IMG/VR virus record: IMGVR_UViG_3300045988_123958
Reading direction: 5' to 3' (one strand)
Origin: a virus
Length of the DNA stretch: 64,000 nucleotides
The stretch's first letter is position 1. Every line of letters starts with the position of its first letter. Below are positions 1-12,799 of this stretch, in pieces. The notes under the pieces are model-generated. The model did no database searches and was not told where the DNA came from. It saw only the letters and a program-made list of their open reading frames with translations. The translations under genes and the position numbers were made by a program.

Positions 1-920
1 AACAAGAAAAAAAGGAGAAAAAATTATTAACTGATAATCGTATGGCTACAGTTAATAAGCGTGAGACTTCTTTTGAAGGTCTTGTTTCCCAACTCGAAAA
101 TGGCGAAGACGGAATTTATAATTTAATTACAGATAATAGAAATACAATATTTCAACCACATATTACAATTACAAAAAAAGATTTAGAAGAAATACCAAGT
201 TTAAATTAGTTAAGAGAAGCCATTAATGTTTGGGAGGCTAAATTAAAAGTAACAGAAGGTAAAGATGCTTTTGTTATTAAAAAGGCTCTTATTGAAATGC
301 GCAAAGATTAGTATGTTATGAAAAATGCTTATCGTCGTCCAATAGTGCCTACAAAATTAACCAGATCAAAGTCTTATATTCCATTAGATGATAAAACATT
401 TATTTTTGATGATGATGGTTTTCCCATTCCTGATGGAATTAGTTTATTAAGACCTGAAATATGTTCTGCGGTTTTATGTAATTATTCCCGATTAAAACAA
501 GATAGTTGGGGCGAATATGATAAAGACTTATGGTATTTAATGGAGGATTTTGATAAGCTTTGTGATAAAGCTTTAGCTAATTATCCTCTTTATGATAGAA
601 TCGTTGAATATAAAATTGATGGTTTACAAAATATTGACATTCAAGAGAAAATACAAATGGAATTTGGTATTAAACACAGCCTTGAATATATTTCAAGTTT
701 ATGGCGTAATAAAATTCCAAAATTAATTGCTTCGACTGCGGAAGATGAATATTTAGATAATTATTATTTAAATGTTGAAAAAGGTAAATATAAAAAATGT
801 AGTCGTTGTGGTAAAATAAAATTAGCTCATAATAAATATTTTAGTAAAAATAAAACAAGTAAAGATGGCTTTTATAGTATTTGTAAAAGTTGTCGAAATT
901 CTAAGGCCAAAAAATCTTAA
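1..920 (+). CDS. 5'-partial hypothetical protein with C-terminal C4 zinc ribbon (CSRCG...CKSC); TAG-recoded
   Basis: Frame 0 (pos mod 3) is open from nt 1 and joins track ORF 318..920 through two in-frame TAG codons. The ORF likely begins upstream of the window. The Cys-x2-Cys pairs lie near the C-terminus. Confidence 0.5.
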
Positions 921-969
921 TATTGTCCTTTTGTTTATAATAAATAGTTGAAAGGAGAATATTTTATTT

Positions 970-2157
970 ATGGCTGAAACATATTATTGCGAAAAATGTA
1001 ATCGTACAATGAATGGCACGGAATTCTATTCATCTAATAATTTAGAAAAATATCCTAATGATGGTAAATTTCCTGTGTGCAAAAAATGTATGACAATGCA
1101 CGTCGATAATTGGAATCCAGATACTTATTTATGGATTTTACAAGAGGCGGATGTTCCTTATGTTCCAGACGAATGGAATAAACTAATGGAAAAATATGGG
1201 CGCGATCCGCAGTCTATGACCGGTATGACGATTCTTGGACGTTATTTGTCAAAAATGAAACTCAAATAGTTTAAAGATTACCGTTGGAAAGATACAGAAT
1301 TTTTATAGTAGATGGCGAACAATAAATTAGAGCAAACTATGAAACGTCAAGGGTATGATGCTCAATAGATTGCAACCGCTATTGAAAAAAGTTCTATTGC
1401 TATTCCAGAAGGAAAACTAAAAGAGCCGGTTTATGCTCCACCACCTAATGCCCCTACAGAAGATTATTTCGCACAATAGAGTGGTGAAGTGGAACAAGAA
1501 TTAGACTTAACTGATGAAGACCGCACTTATTTAAGACTTAAATGGGGCAAGACTTATAAACCTGAAGAGTGGGTTAAGCTTGAATAGTTGTATGAAGAAA
1601 TGATGGCTTCTTATGATATTCAAGGTGCCGGACATAAAGATACGCTAAAACTAATATGTAAGACATCTTTAAAGGCAAATCAATTGATCGATATTGGTGA
1701 TATTGAAGGTTTCCAAAAGATGAGCAAAGTATACGATAGCTTAATGAAGTCTGGTAAATTTACTGCCGCTCAAAACAAAGCAGAATCAGGTGAATTTGTT
1801 GATTCAATTGGCGAATTAATTGAATTATGTGAAAAAGAAGGATATATTGAAAGATATTATGTTGAATAGCCACATGATAAAGTGGATTTAACTATTCAAG
1901 ATATGCAACGTTATACTCGCACTCTTATTGAAGATGAAACTAATATTAGCACAATGGTAGAAAAGGCTTTACGCGAAAATGCTAAAGAAGATGAAGAGAA
2001 AGCAAAGAACGCGGAAAGCGATATCGTTGATGATGCTGATTTAAGTATTGAAGAACTTGAAAAAACTATTAAAGATAGTGATTACGCGGATTTTGAGGAA
2101 TTTAAAGAATAGGAGTCCGCGCAAGATAATGAGTTCTTATAGAGTTTGGATAAATAA
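970..2157 (+). CDS. Zn-ribbon / acidic C-terminus protein, possible small terminase or DNA-binding packaging protein
   Basis: Track ORFs 970..1269, 1588..1869 and 1882..2112 share the same frame and are separated only by TAG, about 8 in-frame TAG in all. N-terminal CEKCN...CKKC zinc ribbon. Lies immediately upstream of terL; the TAATG overlaps the terL start. Confidence 0.45.
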
Positions 2158-3896
2158 TGGCATTACAAGATTTACTGTAGTTAAGTGATAGCCGTAGAAA
2201 AATAGGGTTATCACCGGAGCGAGTAGAAGCGGTCATGCCCACTATCCGCAAATACGTTGCCTTTTGGAGAGAATATCCTGATTTATTTGTAGATTTTATG
2301 GTTCGAGGAAGACGTACTGAAATAAAAGATGGAGAATTTAACTTTTATTTTTATTAGAGAGTATTTCTCCGTTCTGTTATGCGTTATTAGTATGTTTACG
2401 CGGTTTTTCCTCGTGCTTATTCCAAATCATTCTTGTCTGTTATGGCATTAATGATTAGATGTATTTTATATCCTGGTGCGCATTTGTTCGTTACTTCTGG
2501 AGGTAAAGAACAAGGTGCTAGTATTCTTCATGATAAAGTTCAAGAAATATGTGAACTTATTCCAAGTTTTAATCGAGAAATTGATTGGAGTCGAGGAAAA
2601 ACTCTTGAAGGAAAAGATAAAGTTAGATATGTATTTAAAAATGGTTCAGTTTTGGATAACCTCGCAGCTCGTGAAAGCACTCGTGGTCAGCGTCGTCATG
2701 GTGGATTAATGGAAGAATGTGTTGGTATTGATGATGCCATTCTTCGTGAAGTTATTATTCCTGTTATGGCAATTTCTCGTAGAGCTAAAGATGGCACTAC
2801 TAATGAACAAGAGCCATTAAATAAATCACAAATCTATATTACTACTGCTGGTTATAAGGGCACATTCCCTTATGATAGACTTATTGGTTTCTTAGTTCGT
2901 ATGGTGACTTAGCCTGATCGTTGTATGGTATTAGGCGGAACATGGCGAACTCCTGTTGCGGTAGGATTACAAAGTAAAACATTTATTACTGACCAAAAGA
3001 AGGAAGGAACTTATAATGAGGCTTCATTCGAACGTGAATACGAGTCTAAGTGGTCAGGAACGGTCGAGGATGCTTTCTTTAATGGAGAGCATTTTGATAG
3101 AAATAGAAAACTATTATAGCCTGAATATGAAGCTTCTGGACGTGCGGGTGCGCAAGCTTATTATGTGCTTTCTGTAGATGTAGGTCGTAAAGGATGCGAT
3201 TCAGTAGTTTGTGTATTTAAAGTAACACCACAAGCTCAAGGTCCAGCTATTAAATCTTTAGTAAATATGTATACTATGTCAGATGACCATTTTGAAGATT
3301 AGGCTATTAAATTAAAGAAATTATTTTATAAATATAAAGCTAAAACTTTGGTTATAGACGGTAATGGTTTAGGTATTGGACTTTTAGATTATATGGTAAA
3401 ATCTCAAAATGATGAAGATGGTGAATTTTTACCTGATTTTGGTGTTGAGAATGATGATGATGGGTATTATAAAAAATATCGCACACCAAATACTCAATTT
3501 GATGCTATGTATGTTATTAAAGCAAATGCTCCAATAAATACTGAATGTCATGCTAACGCTCAGACTCAATTACAGGCGGGTAAAGTAAAATTTTTAATAG
3601 ATGAGAGAACAGCTAAAGAAAAATTATTAGCTACTCAAAAAGGTTCAAAAATGACTCCTGAACAAAGGGCAGATTATTTAAAACCATTTACTTTAACCTC
3701 CATATTAAAAGAAGAAATGATGAATTTACGCGAAGAAAATGAAGGTATTAATATTATCCTAAAATAGGCAAATCGCGGAATTCGTAAAGATAAATTTTCG
3801 GCTTTTGAATATGGATTATATTATTTAAAACTTGAAGAAGATAAAAAGAAAAAACGTAAAAAGTTTAATGCGGCTGATTGGTGCTTTTTAAATTAA
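2157..3896 (+). CDS. terL: terminase large subunit
   Basis: ATG at 2157 is in frame with track ORFs 2433..2912, 2925..3119 and 3348..3767 through TAG codons. N-terminal ATPase-like region and a C-terminal RNaseH-like nuclease region (YVLSVDVGRKGCDSVVCVF). End coordinate is approximate. Confidence 0.75.
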
Positions 3897-3908
3897 GGAG
3901 GGTGGAAA

Positions 3909-4265
3909 ATGCGTGCTTCAAGAGGAGAAATTAAAATTGAAGAAATCTTAGAAGAAGCAGGACTACCTTTTAAAATGGAATATATTTTTCCAGATTTAAA
4001 AAGCCCAAGCGGGCGTCCGCTTCGTTTTGATTTTGTTATATTTGATGATGATGGAAAAATTGATTTCATTATTGAGTATTAGGGAAAATAGCATTATGAA
4101 GCCAGTTCTAAATTTGGCGGAAAACGCGGTTTATACCAGTAGCAATATAATGATAATCAAAAAAGACGTTTTTGCGCTTTACATGATTTTAGATTAATAG
4201 AGATTCCATATACCGACGAAAACCTTATTTCTTATGATTATATAATGAAATTAGCAGGTTATTAA
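3909..4265 (+). CDS. PD-(D/E)xK Vsr/DUF559-like endonuclease, putative free-standing homing endonuclease
   Basis: Reading TAG as sense gives about 118 aa with the motif FDFVIFDDDGKIDFIIEYQGKQH (IExxGxxH signature). Located between terL and portal, a classic site for homing-endonuclease insertion. Coordinates approximate. Confidence 0.5.
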
Positions 4266-4278
4266 AGGAGGTGGAACT

Positions 4279-5928
4279 TTGGATACGCAAGATCGTAATG
4301 ATTAGATTCACGCTAAAGGTTTTGATATTTATAATAGTCGTTATGAATATAATTATAATGACACTATGGATTATGCCAATAGAAAAATAAAAGTTGGCAC
4401 AAAAACTTTAGATGATGCTATTTTAAAACTTGGTGATTATAGTAAGATTAGATACCCAGGTCAAACTCGTATTATCACGAAACCTGATGTGCTTCGCGCG
4501 CTCGCAGAAAGAGATTTAAATGCTTTGCGATATATTTCTAATTTTTATTATGACATAAGTGGTGTATATCAACGAGTTTGTAATTATGTTGCTTTTTTAT
4601 ACCGCTATGATTGGTATATTGCGGCCGAAACTTATGATGATAATGTAAAAGAAGAAAAAGTTTTAAAAGATTTTTATAGAATGTTGAATTATTTTGATAA
4701 TAGTTATATTAAAAAGATTTGCGGAGATATTGCTTTACAAGTCGTTAAAAATGGATGCTATTATGGATATATAGTTCCTTCAGAGAAAAATCTAATTTTA
4801 CAAGAATTGCCAGTTAGATATTGTAGAACACGTTATAGTGTAAATAATACCCCAGTTGTCGAATTTGATATGCGATTTTTTGATACTTTTAGAGATATGA
4901 ATTATCGTTTAAAAGTATTAAAATTATTCCCAGAAGAATTTGCTAAAGGTTATGTTTTATATAAGCAAGGAAAACTTGCTTTAGAAGAAGCGGTCGGATG
5001 TCAACACACAGGTAGTTGGTATGTTCTTGAACCAGAAAATTGTGTTAAGTTTAATATTAATAATAGTGATATTCCTATTTTTGTAAACTCTATTCCAACG
5101 ATTATGGATTTGGACGCTGCGCAAGACCTTGACCGCAAGAAACAAATGTAGAAATTACTTAAAATTTTAGTCCAAAAGCTTCCAATGGATAAAAATGGCG
5201 ATTTGATATTTGATGTTGATGAAGCCAGAGATATTCATAATAATGCAGTTTAGATGTTATAGAGGGCTATTGGAGTAGATGTTTTGACTACATTTACTGA
5301 TGTAGATTCTATTGATATGTCTGATAAGAATACTACAACGACTACTGATGATTTAGCAAAAGTTGAACGTAGTGTTTATAATTCATTAGGTATCTCATAG
5401 AATTTGTTTAATACTGATGGTAATATGGCTTTAGAGAAATCTGTATTGAATGATGAATCTACAATAAGAAGTTTAATTTTATAGTTTAATATATTCTTTA
5501 ATAGGATTATTGAAAAAAAGAGTAGTAATAAAAAATATAATTTTAGATTTTATTTATTAGAAACTACTCAAAATAATTATCAAACACTTTCTAAAATGTA
5601 TAAAGAACAAGCGCAAATGGGACAATCAAAACTATTGTCTTAGATTGCTCTTGGACATTCATAGAGTTTTATTCTTAATGCAGCTCATTTTGAAAATGAG
5701 ATTTTACATTTAAGTGAAATTATGATTCCTCCTCTTATGAGTTCTACTATGGGTAGTGAAGATATTTTGGGTTTAAAAGGTTCATCATCTAATAATAAAA
5801 CTCAAAATAATTCAGGAAGTTCAGGTTCTGGAACTGCTAAAACTTCTAATGGTGAGGCAGGACGTCCGGAGAAACCTGATGATTAGAAAAGTGAAAAAAC
5901 TATTCAAAATAAAGAAGCAATGAAATAA
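4279..5928 (+). CDS. portal protein
   Basis: TTG start after AGGAGGTG. Track ORF 4366..5151 extends through many in-frame TAG to a TAA near 5926. About 549 codons, Ser/Gly-rich acidic C-terminus, positioned between terL and the scaffold gene. Confidence 0.6.
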
Positions 5929-5937
5929 GGAGGATTT

Positions 5938-7524
5938 ATGAAACATACAAGTATTAAATTAAATACACCTTGTGAGTTTATAAATATAACTCCTGTAAAT
6001 CCTTTAATTTCTAAATGCCAAATTAAGGTTTGTTATGTAGATGATAAACCTAATCGTAACAAAAGCGTAATTACTAAAGATGTAGCGACTGAGATGGCTA
6101 ATAGCCTTCCGGGCAGTCCTATTGTTGGCTTTTTTAATGAAAATACCGAAGATTTTGAAGAACATAATAGGATAATTGAATTATCTAATGGCGAATTTAG
6201 AATGAGAGATAATACTCGCCCTTATGGTTTTGTTGATCTTGGAGCTAGAGTTTGGTTTTAGAAATTTTTGGATGATGGTGTTGCCGAACGTGAGTATTTA
6301 ATGACTGAAGGTTATTTGTGGACTGGTTAGTATCCTGAATGTAAACGTGTAGTTGATAAAGGGAATAATCATTCTATGGAGCTTGATGAAAAAACATTAA
6401 ATGCTACGTGGGCAAAAGATAGTAATGGAAAGCCTTAGTTTTTTATTATAAATAAGGCAATTATTTCTAAACTTTGTATTTTGGGAGAAGAAAATGAACC
6501 TTGTTTCGAAGGCTCCCAAATCAATGTGAATTTTTCATTCGATGATGGTTTTAAGAACACTTTGTTCTCCATGATGAATGAACTTAAAGAATTTATGAAA
6601 GAAGGAGGACCCAAAGTGTTTACACAATATGCTGTTGAAATTGGCGATAATTTGTGGAATTCTCTCTGGTCTTATGTTGAGACTAAGTATCCTGGCGAGC
6701 CTAGTAGTTATTGTTCTATTTATCGCATTGAAGGTGTTTATGAAGATGCTGGACAAAAGTTTGCTATTCTTCAAAATAGACAAGACCAAAAATATTATCG
6801 CATGGACTTTTCTCTTACCGATGTAGAAGGCTTTGTTCCTTCTGACGCTTTAACTGAAGTAACTAAGTCTTATACTCCGGCAGCAGAGCCTCAGTTTGCT
6901 CTTGCTGATGTTGAAGCTTTTGAGACTGATTATGCTTCAAAGAAAAAGACTGAGGAAGAGGACAAAAATAATAAATCTAATGGCCAAAACCCTGATAATA
7001 AATCAGAGGGCAATGATAATAAAAAGAACCCTGATAATGGGGAACCCTCTAATAAGTCTGATAAAGGCGACAATGGCGAGAATGATGATGATAAAAAGAA
7101 AAAGAAAAATTATTCTCTTGAGGACGTTGTTGAATATACTGAACTTAAAGCTCAGTATGATGAATTACAGACTAAATTCGCGGCTCTTGAAACTGAAAAT
7201 AATAGCTTGAAAGAGCAAATTGCTCCACTTGCTGAATTTAAAAATGCCGCTGAAAAGAAAGATAAAGAAGATATGATTGCTAAATTCTATATGCTTTCTG
7301 ATGAAGATAAGGCTGATGTTGTTGAAAATATTGATAAATATTCTCTTGATGATATTGAAGCTAAATTATCTGTTATTTGTGTTCGCAACAAGGTGAGTTT
7401 CGACCTTGACGAAAATAATAAGCCCAATGGTGCTACTACTTTTAATTTGAACGATAATGGTTCAGAAGATGATGATATGCCCGCTTGGGTGAAGGCGGCT
7501 TTTGCTACCGCCAACAAAAATTAA
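5938..7524 (+). CDS. scaffolding protein (possibly with N-terminal prohead-protease-like region)
   Basis: Track ORFs 5938..6261 and 6481..7524 share a frame and are linked by 3 TAG. Contains an acidic low-complexity K/D/N/E-rich stretch followed by a coiled coil (ELKAQYDELQTKFAALETENNSLKEQIAPL). Sits upstream of the head genes. Confidence 0.5.
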
Positions 7525-7541
7525 TAAGGAGGACATACTAA

Positions 7542-8459
7542 ATGTTTAAAGACTTTTTGAATAAGAATCTTCCTATTAAGTCTCAGGCAAAGTATGTTGA
7601 GTTTGGTTACGGTCAGGTCGAGCCTAATCACCTTTCCGCACAAAGAAATGCTCAAATCTATGCTCAACTTCCTGCCAATAAAGACATTGAGATTCTTGAA
7701 AACGGTCAGTTTGTAAAGTATGACTATGCTGCTAATGGTAATGGTATTGGCGAAGTCAACTTCACTGGCGAAGGTGAATGGATGCTCGTTTATAACGAGA
7801 TTAAGCTTTATCGTGATCATTATGATGGCAGTAAACAGTGGGATTGCGAATTTGCTATGATTAAAGATGACTATCAGGCTCGTGTTTATAGCCCTTATGA
7901 TTGGGAGCATACCGAGGTTGAATATGGTGGTCGTTTCTGGAATGGCGTTGATGAAAAGGGTCAAACCTATAAGTTAATCAATCAGACCGTTTCCGCAGAT
8001 CAAGGTTTAAAGACTGTTACTATTGCTGGTCGTGTTTATGATGTTGATGAAACCGGCAAGTTTACTTATGATGGTAATGAATATACTCTTAATAGTAATC
8101 ATCAAGTTGCCAATGTTCCTGTAAAATATTACTATGATAAGCTTCTTACTGATGTTCCTGATATGTATGAAATGAATTGGACCAATGATCCATATCATAA
8201 GTTAGGTATTTATCATGAGAAGTTCATGGAATCTGGCACCTCTATGGTTCCTCGTGTATTTAAGACCATGATTGGTGATCTTTATACTACTAATATGATT
8301 AATGAAGAGACTCTTGCTGTTGGAGATAAGCTTTCTCCTTCTGCTGCTACAAAGGGTATTCTTAGCAAAACTGGCGACGATTCAATGACCTGGCAGGTTG
8401 TTAAGGTTTATACTATGCCTGATGGTCAAAAGGGCGTCAAGGTAATGCGTATTAAGTAA
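7542..8459 (+). CDS. abundant head protein (major capsid or decoration protein candidate)
   Basis: Intact 305-aa ORF with no TAG at all and GC-richer codon usage (ctt/gct/ggt), unlike neighbouring genes. Strong RBS. Confidence 0.6.
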   Translation: MFKDFLNKNLPIKSQAKYVEFGYGQVEPNHLSAQRNAQIYAQLPANKDIEILENGQFVKYDYAANGNGIGEVNFTGEGEWMLVYNEIKLYRDHYDGSKQWDCEFAMIKDDYQARVYSPYDWEHTEVEYGGRFWNGVDEKGQTYKLINQTVSADQGLKTVTIAGRVYDVDETGKFTYDGNEYTLNSNHQVANVPVKYYYDKLLTDVPDMYEMNWTNDPYHKLGIYHEKFMESGTSMVPRVFKTMIGDLYTTNMINEETLAVGDKLSPSAATKGILSKTGDDSMTWQVVKVYTMPDGQKGVKVMRIK

Positions 8460-8476
8460 GAAAGGAGAAAAGGATA

Positions 8477-9583
8477 ATGTTAGATAAAAATAATTTAATT
8501 GCTCTTATGAAGCAAGTTGCTAAGGCTGATCCTTCTGCTCCTGTTGCTTATAGTTATGAGGGAAAAAATCTTAGTTATGAAGCCTTAAATGAAACTCTTC
8601 GTAATGAAATGAATGAGTTGGCTGGTACTTACGCTCTTTATCGTGAAAATAAGAATCTTATTTTCTCTATGATTGAGCAGACTCTTGATGAGGTTCTTCC
8701 TAAGAAAGTTATTCAGCAATATGATCAGTTTGCTGAGGTTAAGACTTTCGCTCAGGGTGATAAGCCTATTTTCCGTCGTCCTCTTAATAATCGTGCTCGT
8801 GCTAAGCAGTTTGTAACTCGCGTTGGTCTTGCTGGTATTTATGAAGTCTTCAAGCTCGGACCTAAAGAGAATGAAGCCTTCGAGGTACGTACTAGCGCTA
8901 TCGGCGGAGCTGCTTAGATTGGCTTCGAAGAGTTCCTTGATGGTCGTGTTGATTTCGGTGAAGTAACCAAAATCATCATGGATGGTATGGATGAACTTAT
9001 TTATAAAGAAGTCGCTGCTGCTCTTAGATCTTCTATCAACCAGCTTCCTCCTGCTAACCGCGTTGCGGCTGCCGGATTTGATGAAGCTGCTATGGATCGT
9101 TTGATCACTATTGCTTCTGCTTATGGTACTCCTACTATTTATTGTACTTATGAGTTTGCTGTTAAGATGATTCCTCATGAGGCTTGGAGATATACTGAAG
9201 CTATGAAGAATGAGCTTTGGAATAATGGTCGTCTTGCTACCTACAAGGGCACTAAGGTTATTATTCTTGAGCAGGGCTTTGAAGATGAAACCAATACTCG
9301 TAAGGTTATTGATCCTGGTTATGCTTGGGTTATTCCTACGGGCGCTGATGGTAAGCCTGTAAAGATTGCTTTCGAAGGCGGAACTATTGTTGACGAGTTC
9401 AATAATTATGATCGTTCTCGTGAGATTCAGGTTTACAAGAAGGTTGGCGTAGTTTGTATGCTTGCTAATAATATCTGTGCTTATGTTGATACTTCACTTC
9501 TTGGTCAGATGTATACTTGGAATTATGATGGAGTCACCGGTAAGGTTATCACTTATGATGGCCGTCTTGATGGCACTGTTTAA
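8477..9583 (+). CDS. major capsid protein candidate
   Basis: Track ORFs 8477..8917 and 8978..9583 share a frame and are joined by a single TAG. 368 codons, high-expression codon usage, followed by a strong terminator. Confidence 0.55.
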
Positions 9584-9603
9584 TTTAATATAAATTATTC
9601 CAT

Positions 9604-9646
9604 GGGGGAGAAGGGATTAAACTCCCTCTCCCCATATTTTTGTTTT
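9604..9646 (+). terminator. rho-independent terminator
   Basis: GGGGAGAAGGGA...TCCCTCTCCCC hairpin followed by a T-run. Confidence 0.7.
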
Positions 9647-9670
9647 ATGAGTAAAAGGAGAAATTGAATA

Positions 9671-10264
9671 ATGATTAATAATGAAGATATTTATAATGTA
9701 AAAAATAGAAGCACTAGTGTAGTTGTTTATACTATTCCTGATACTAATTTGCGCCGTGAGTTTGCGCCCGGCGAGACTAAACGCATTCCATTTGGTGAGC
9801 TAGAGAAGTTAACTTATCAAGCAGGTGGCCGCGAATTAATTGCTAATTTTTTACAAATTTTAGAGCCAGAAGTAACTCATACTCTTAATGTTCATACTGA
9901 ACCTGAATATAATATGTCAGAGCAACAAGTTGCTGATTTAATTCTTAATGGCTCATTAGATGCTTTTTTAGATGCTCTTGATTTTGCTCCTATTGGGATT
10001 ATTGACTTAATCAAGAATTTATCTGTTAGCCTTCCTATTACTGATATTAATAAGCGTAGAGCTTTGAAGGAAAAAACTGGGTTTGATGTTGATAAAGCTA
10101 TTGCTAATGATATCGCTAGTAAAGAAGAAGATACTATTGTAGAGAAAGAACCCGCAGCTAAGCGTCGTGGAGTAAGAGAAGAACCTACTACTCAAGGTCG
10201 TCGCACAAGCGGTTCTGGATATAAAGTAATTAATAAAACCGAGGAAACTTCCTCCAAGAAATAA
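9671..10264 (+). CDS. hypothetical virion protein (no TAG codons)
   Basis: Intact 197-aa track ORF preceded by the GAGTAAAAGGAG ribosome-binding context. Confidence 0.6.
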   Translation: MINNEDIYNVKNRSTSVVVYTIPDTNLRREFAPGETKRIPFGELEKLTYQAGGRELIANFLQILEPEVTHTLNVHTEPEYNMSEQQVADLILNGSLDAFLDALDFAPIGIIDLIKNLSVSLPITDINKRRALKEKTGFDVDKAIANDIASKEEDTIVEKEPAAKRRGVREEPTTQGRRTSGSGYKVINKTEETSSKK

Positions 10265-10283
10265 TTTATAGGAGGGCGATTAA

Positions 10284-10856
10284 GTGGGAACATTATTCTC
10301 AACTGTTTATAATCGCTTTCTTAACAAGGTTACTGATGATATGTATCTGGAATTAACTCCCGAAGATACTTTAAGAGATTTATAGAATCTTATAATAGAT
10401 GCTATTCCTGGATTTGAATTTCCGCGAAAAAATCTTTTAGATTATAACTTAGATGTTGCTACTATTAATGAATCTGATGCTACGTCTGATGATTTCATTG
10501 TAGCAACAGTATGGGGAGAACTTCCAGAGCCGGGTGAAGAACCTCAAGTTTTAGTTGATAGATCCAGTTTTAATTGTGATCTAACTGAAGAAGAAATTAA
10601 TATTTTAGCTATTTTAATGATGTGCGGTTGGACGCAAAGACAAGTCACTTCAATTGAGAATACTCGAATGAAATATAGCGGCTCTGATTTTAAATTTACT
10701 TCTTAGGCAAATCACCTATCAAAGCTATTGAATTTATTGGGTGAATGTCAAAGACAATCTCACCATATGTAGCGTTTGTATAAACGCAGACGTCTAAATA
10801 ACAAAGGTGAGTATGAATCTAATTGGGATGTGTTTAAAAGTCGATATGATTACTAA
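10284..10856 (+). CDS. hypothetical head-tail joining protein
   Basis: GTG start after GGAGGG. About 190 codons with 4 in-frame TAG. Coordinates approximate. Confidence 0.4.
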
Positions 10857-10935
10857 ATATAATTTTGATATTCCAATAGAGAGTATAAAAGTAAATTGTT
10901 TGCGCTTAACCAATCAATTATGGAAATTAATTCCA

Positions 10936-11150
10936 ATGCGCGAAAATAATGAAGATTGGCATAAATAGCTAGAAACTGTTATAAATGAAATTGTGGGGTT
11001 TAGTGTGATTTTTAACGCTGAACCCCTTTATTTATAGTTATTAAATAAACTTGAGGGATTATAGAATCAAGATACTGATTTTAATTTTTATCGTAAGACT
11101 GTGTTTGAAACGATCAGTCTTTTATAGGAGATAAATTATGGCGTCAGGGT
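10936..11150 (+). CDS. small hypothetical protein
   Basis: About 71-codon frame with 4 TAG. Weak evidence. Confidence 0.2.
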
Positions 11151-12202
11151 TTGATTATAGTAGTAAGCAACCTTTTAGATTATAGCAAGGTCGCTTAGGA
11201 ATTTATGATAAACCACCCTTTGAAGGTAGCCCTGTTGAAGGCGTTAATTATACAGCGGTTCGGCTCGGTCAAATGGGCGGAAACCGCCAACAAGAGCGTA
11301 TGATTTTATCTAAGCGCAGAAGTTTAGATAGGGCAGTATGGAATTCATACCAAGCCGCAGAAATTATTAAATAGGATGCGGAATATAAAAAACCTATTAG
11401 GTGTTTGATTAATCCTAATAAATTAAAATAGGATTATGATGACAAGATTTTATCTGTTGGAAATGAGTATTAGTTTAAACCGGGAGATATCTTTGAATGG
11501 TGCGGAACTAATACCTATTGGATTTGTTATCTTTAGGATTTGACTGAATTGGCTTATTTTAGAGGAGATATTAGAAAATGCTCTTATAAAATAAATTGGG
11601 TAGATAATGGAGAGAAAAAATCTACTTATGCAGCAATCCGCGGTCCGGTAGAAACGAAAATTGATTATATTTAGAAACATGAAATTAGTGTAGATAATCC
11701 TAATTATTCATTAAATATTTTATTGCCTAAAAATAAAGATACTTTAAATTATTTTAGACGTTATACTAAATTTTATTTAGATAGTTAGGATGAGGGAGAT
11801 AATTTAATTTGTTGGCGTGTTGAAGCTGTAGATTCTATAAGTATGCCTGGTATTTTAGAAGTTAATGCGACTGAATATTATATTAATGAGTAGGAAGATA
11901 ATTTAGATGATAAGACTGTTGGTTCTTTAATTGCGGAACCAATTGATCCAAATCCTACGACAACTGATATTATAGGGGAAACATTTATTTTTCCAAAGAA
12001 AACTTATACTTATTATTTTGATGGTGAAGCTGTTTTAGAATGGGAAATAAAGAATAATAAAAAGTTGCCAATTTCTTTAAGAGTTATTAAAGAAGCTAAA
12101 AAACCAACAGTTGAAATAAGTTGGACTTCTGGATATAGCGGATAGTTTGACTTATGTTATGGAGATTATAAAAAAACGATTGTAGTTCAATCATTGTTTT
12201 AA
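11138..12202 (+). CDS. hypothetical neck/tail structural protein
   Basis: ATG after AGGAG. About 354 codons with about 12 in-frame TAG and no TAA or TGA. Coordinates approximate. Confidence 0.5.
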
Positions 12203-12217
12203 GGAGTAAAAGGTGTT

Positions 12218-12799
12218 ATGAAAATTAATGGTGTAAATTTACCTAAATCAAGTTTTCTTTCTGTTGAAAAAGATTTAGAAATTATTGTAAAGCATCTCTG
12301 TAAAAATGAGAGATTAAAGCGGTTATTGTATTATACAACAAAAGATGCTATTGATAAGCCAGATTTAAATGATGAACAAATGATTCAATTATTTAATAAA
12401 AATATTAAGATAATTCCTAAACTTTATGTTGATGGAAGTGTATTAAATTATGTAATTATTAACTTCGATAATTTTACACAAAGTGGAAATCCTGAGTTTA
12501 GAGATAATATTATTGAATTCGATATTATTTGTCATTTCGATCAATGGCATTTAAAAGATTATCAATTGCGCCCTTATCGTATTGCTGCTGAAATTGATAG
12601 TATGATAGATAAAACACATTTGACTGGTATTGGTAAGTTAGAGTTTCTTGGTGCTAATCAAATTATTTTAACTGATGAATATGCTGGTTTGTGTCTTATG
12701 TATCAAGCAGTTCACGGCGAAGAGGATAAAAAATTTATGCCGAATCCTAATGACGAGGAAAGATTTATAGAAGATTTTAAAAAAAGAATTGAAGAGTAA
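12218..12799 (+). CDS. hypothetical structural protein (no TAG codons)
   Basis: Intact 193-aa track ORF preceded by the GAGTAAAAGG ribosome-binding context. Confidence 0.6.
   Translation: MKINGVNLPKSSFLSVEKDLEIIVKHLCKNERLKRLLYYTTKDAIDKPDLNDEQMIQLFNKNIKIIPKLYVDGSVLNYVIINFDNFTQSGNPEFRDNIIEFDIICHFDQWHLKDYQLRPYRIAAEIDSMIDKTHLTGIGKLEFLGANQIILTDEYAGLCLMYQAVHGEEDKKFMPNPNDEERFIEDFKKRIEE

Noticed and set aside
6535-9178. Minus-strand and alternate-frame ORFs (6535..6789, 6629..6826, 6896..7210, 7287..7517, 7521..7964, 8007..8198, 8585..9178) overlapping the scaffold and head genes
   Set aside because: They lie antisense or out of frame inside much longer coding frames that are supported by homology. 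They are low-complexity artifacts typical of AT-rich DNA.
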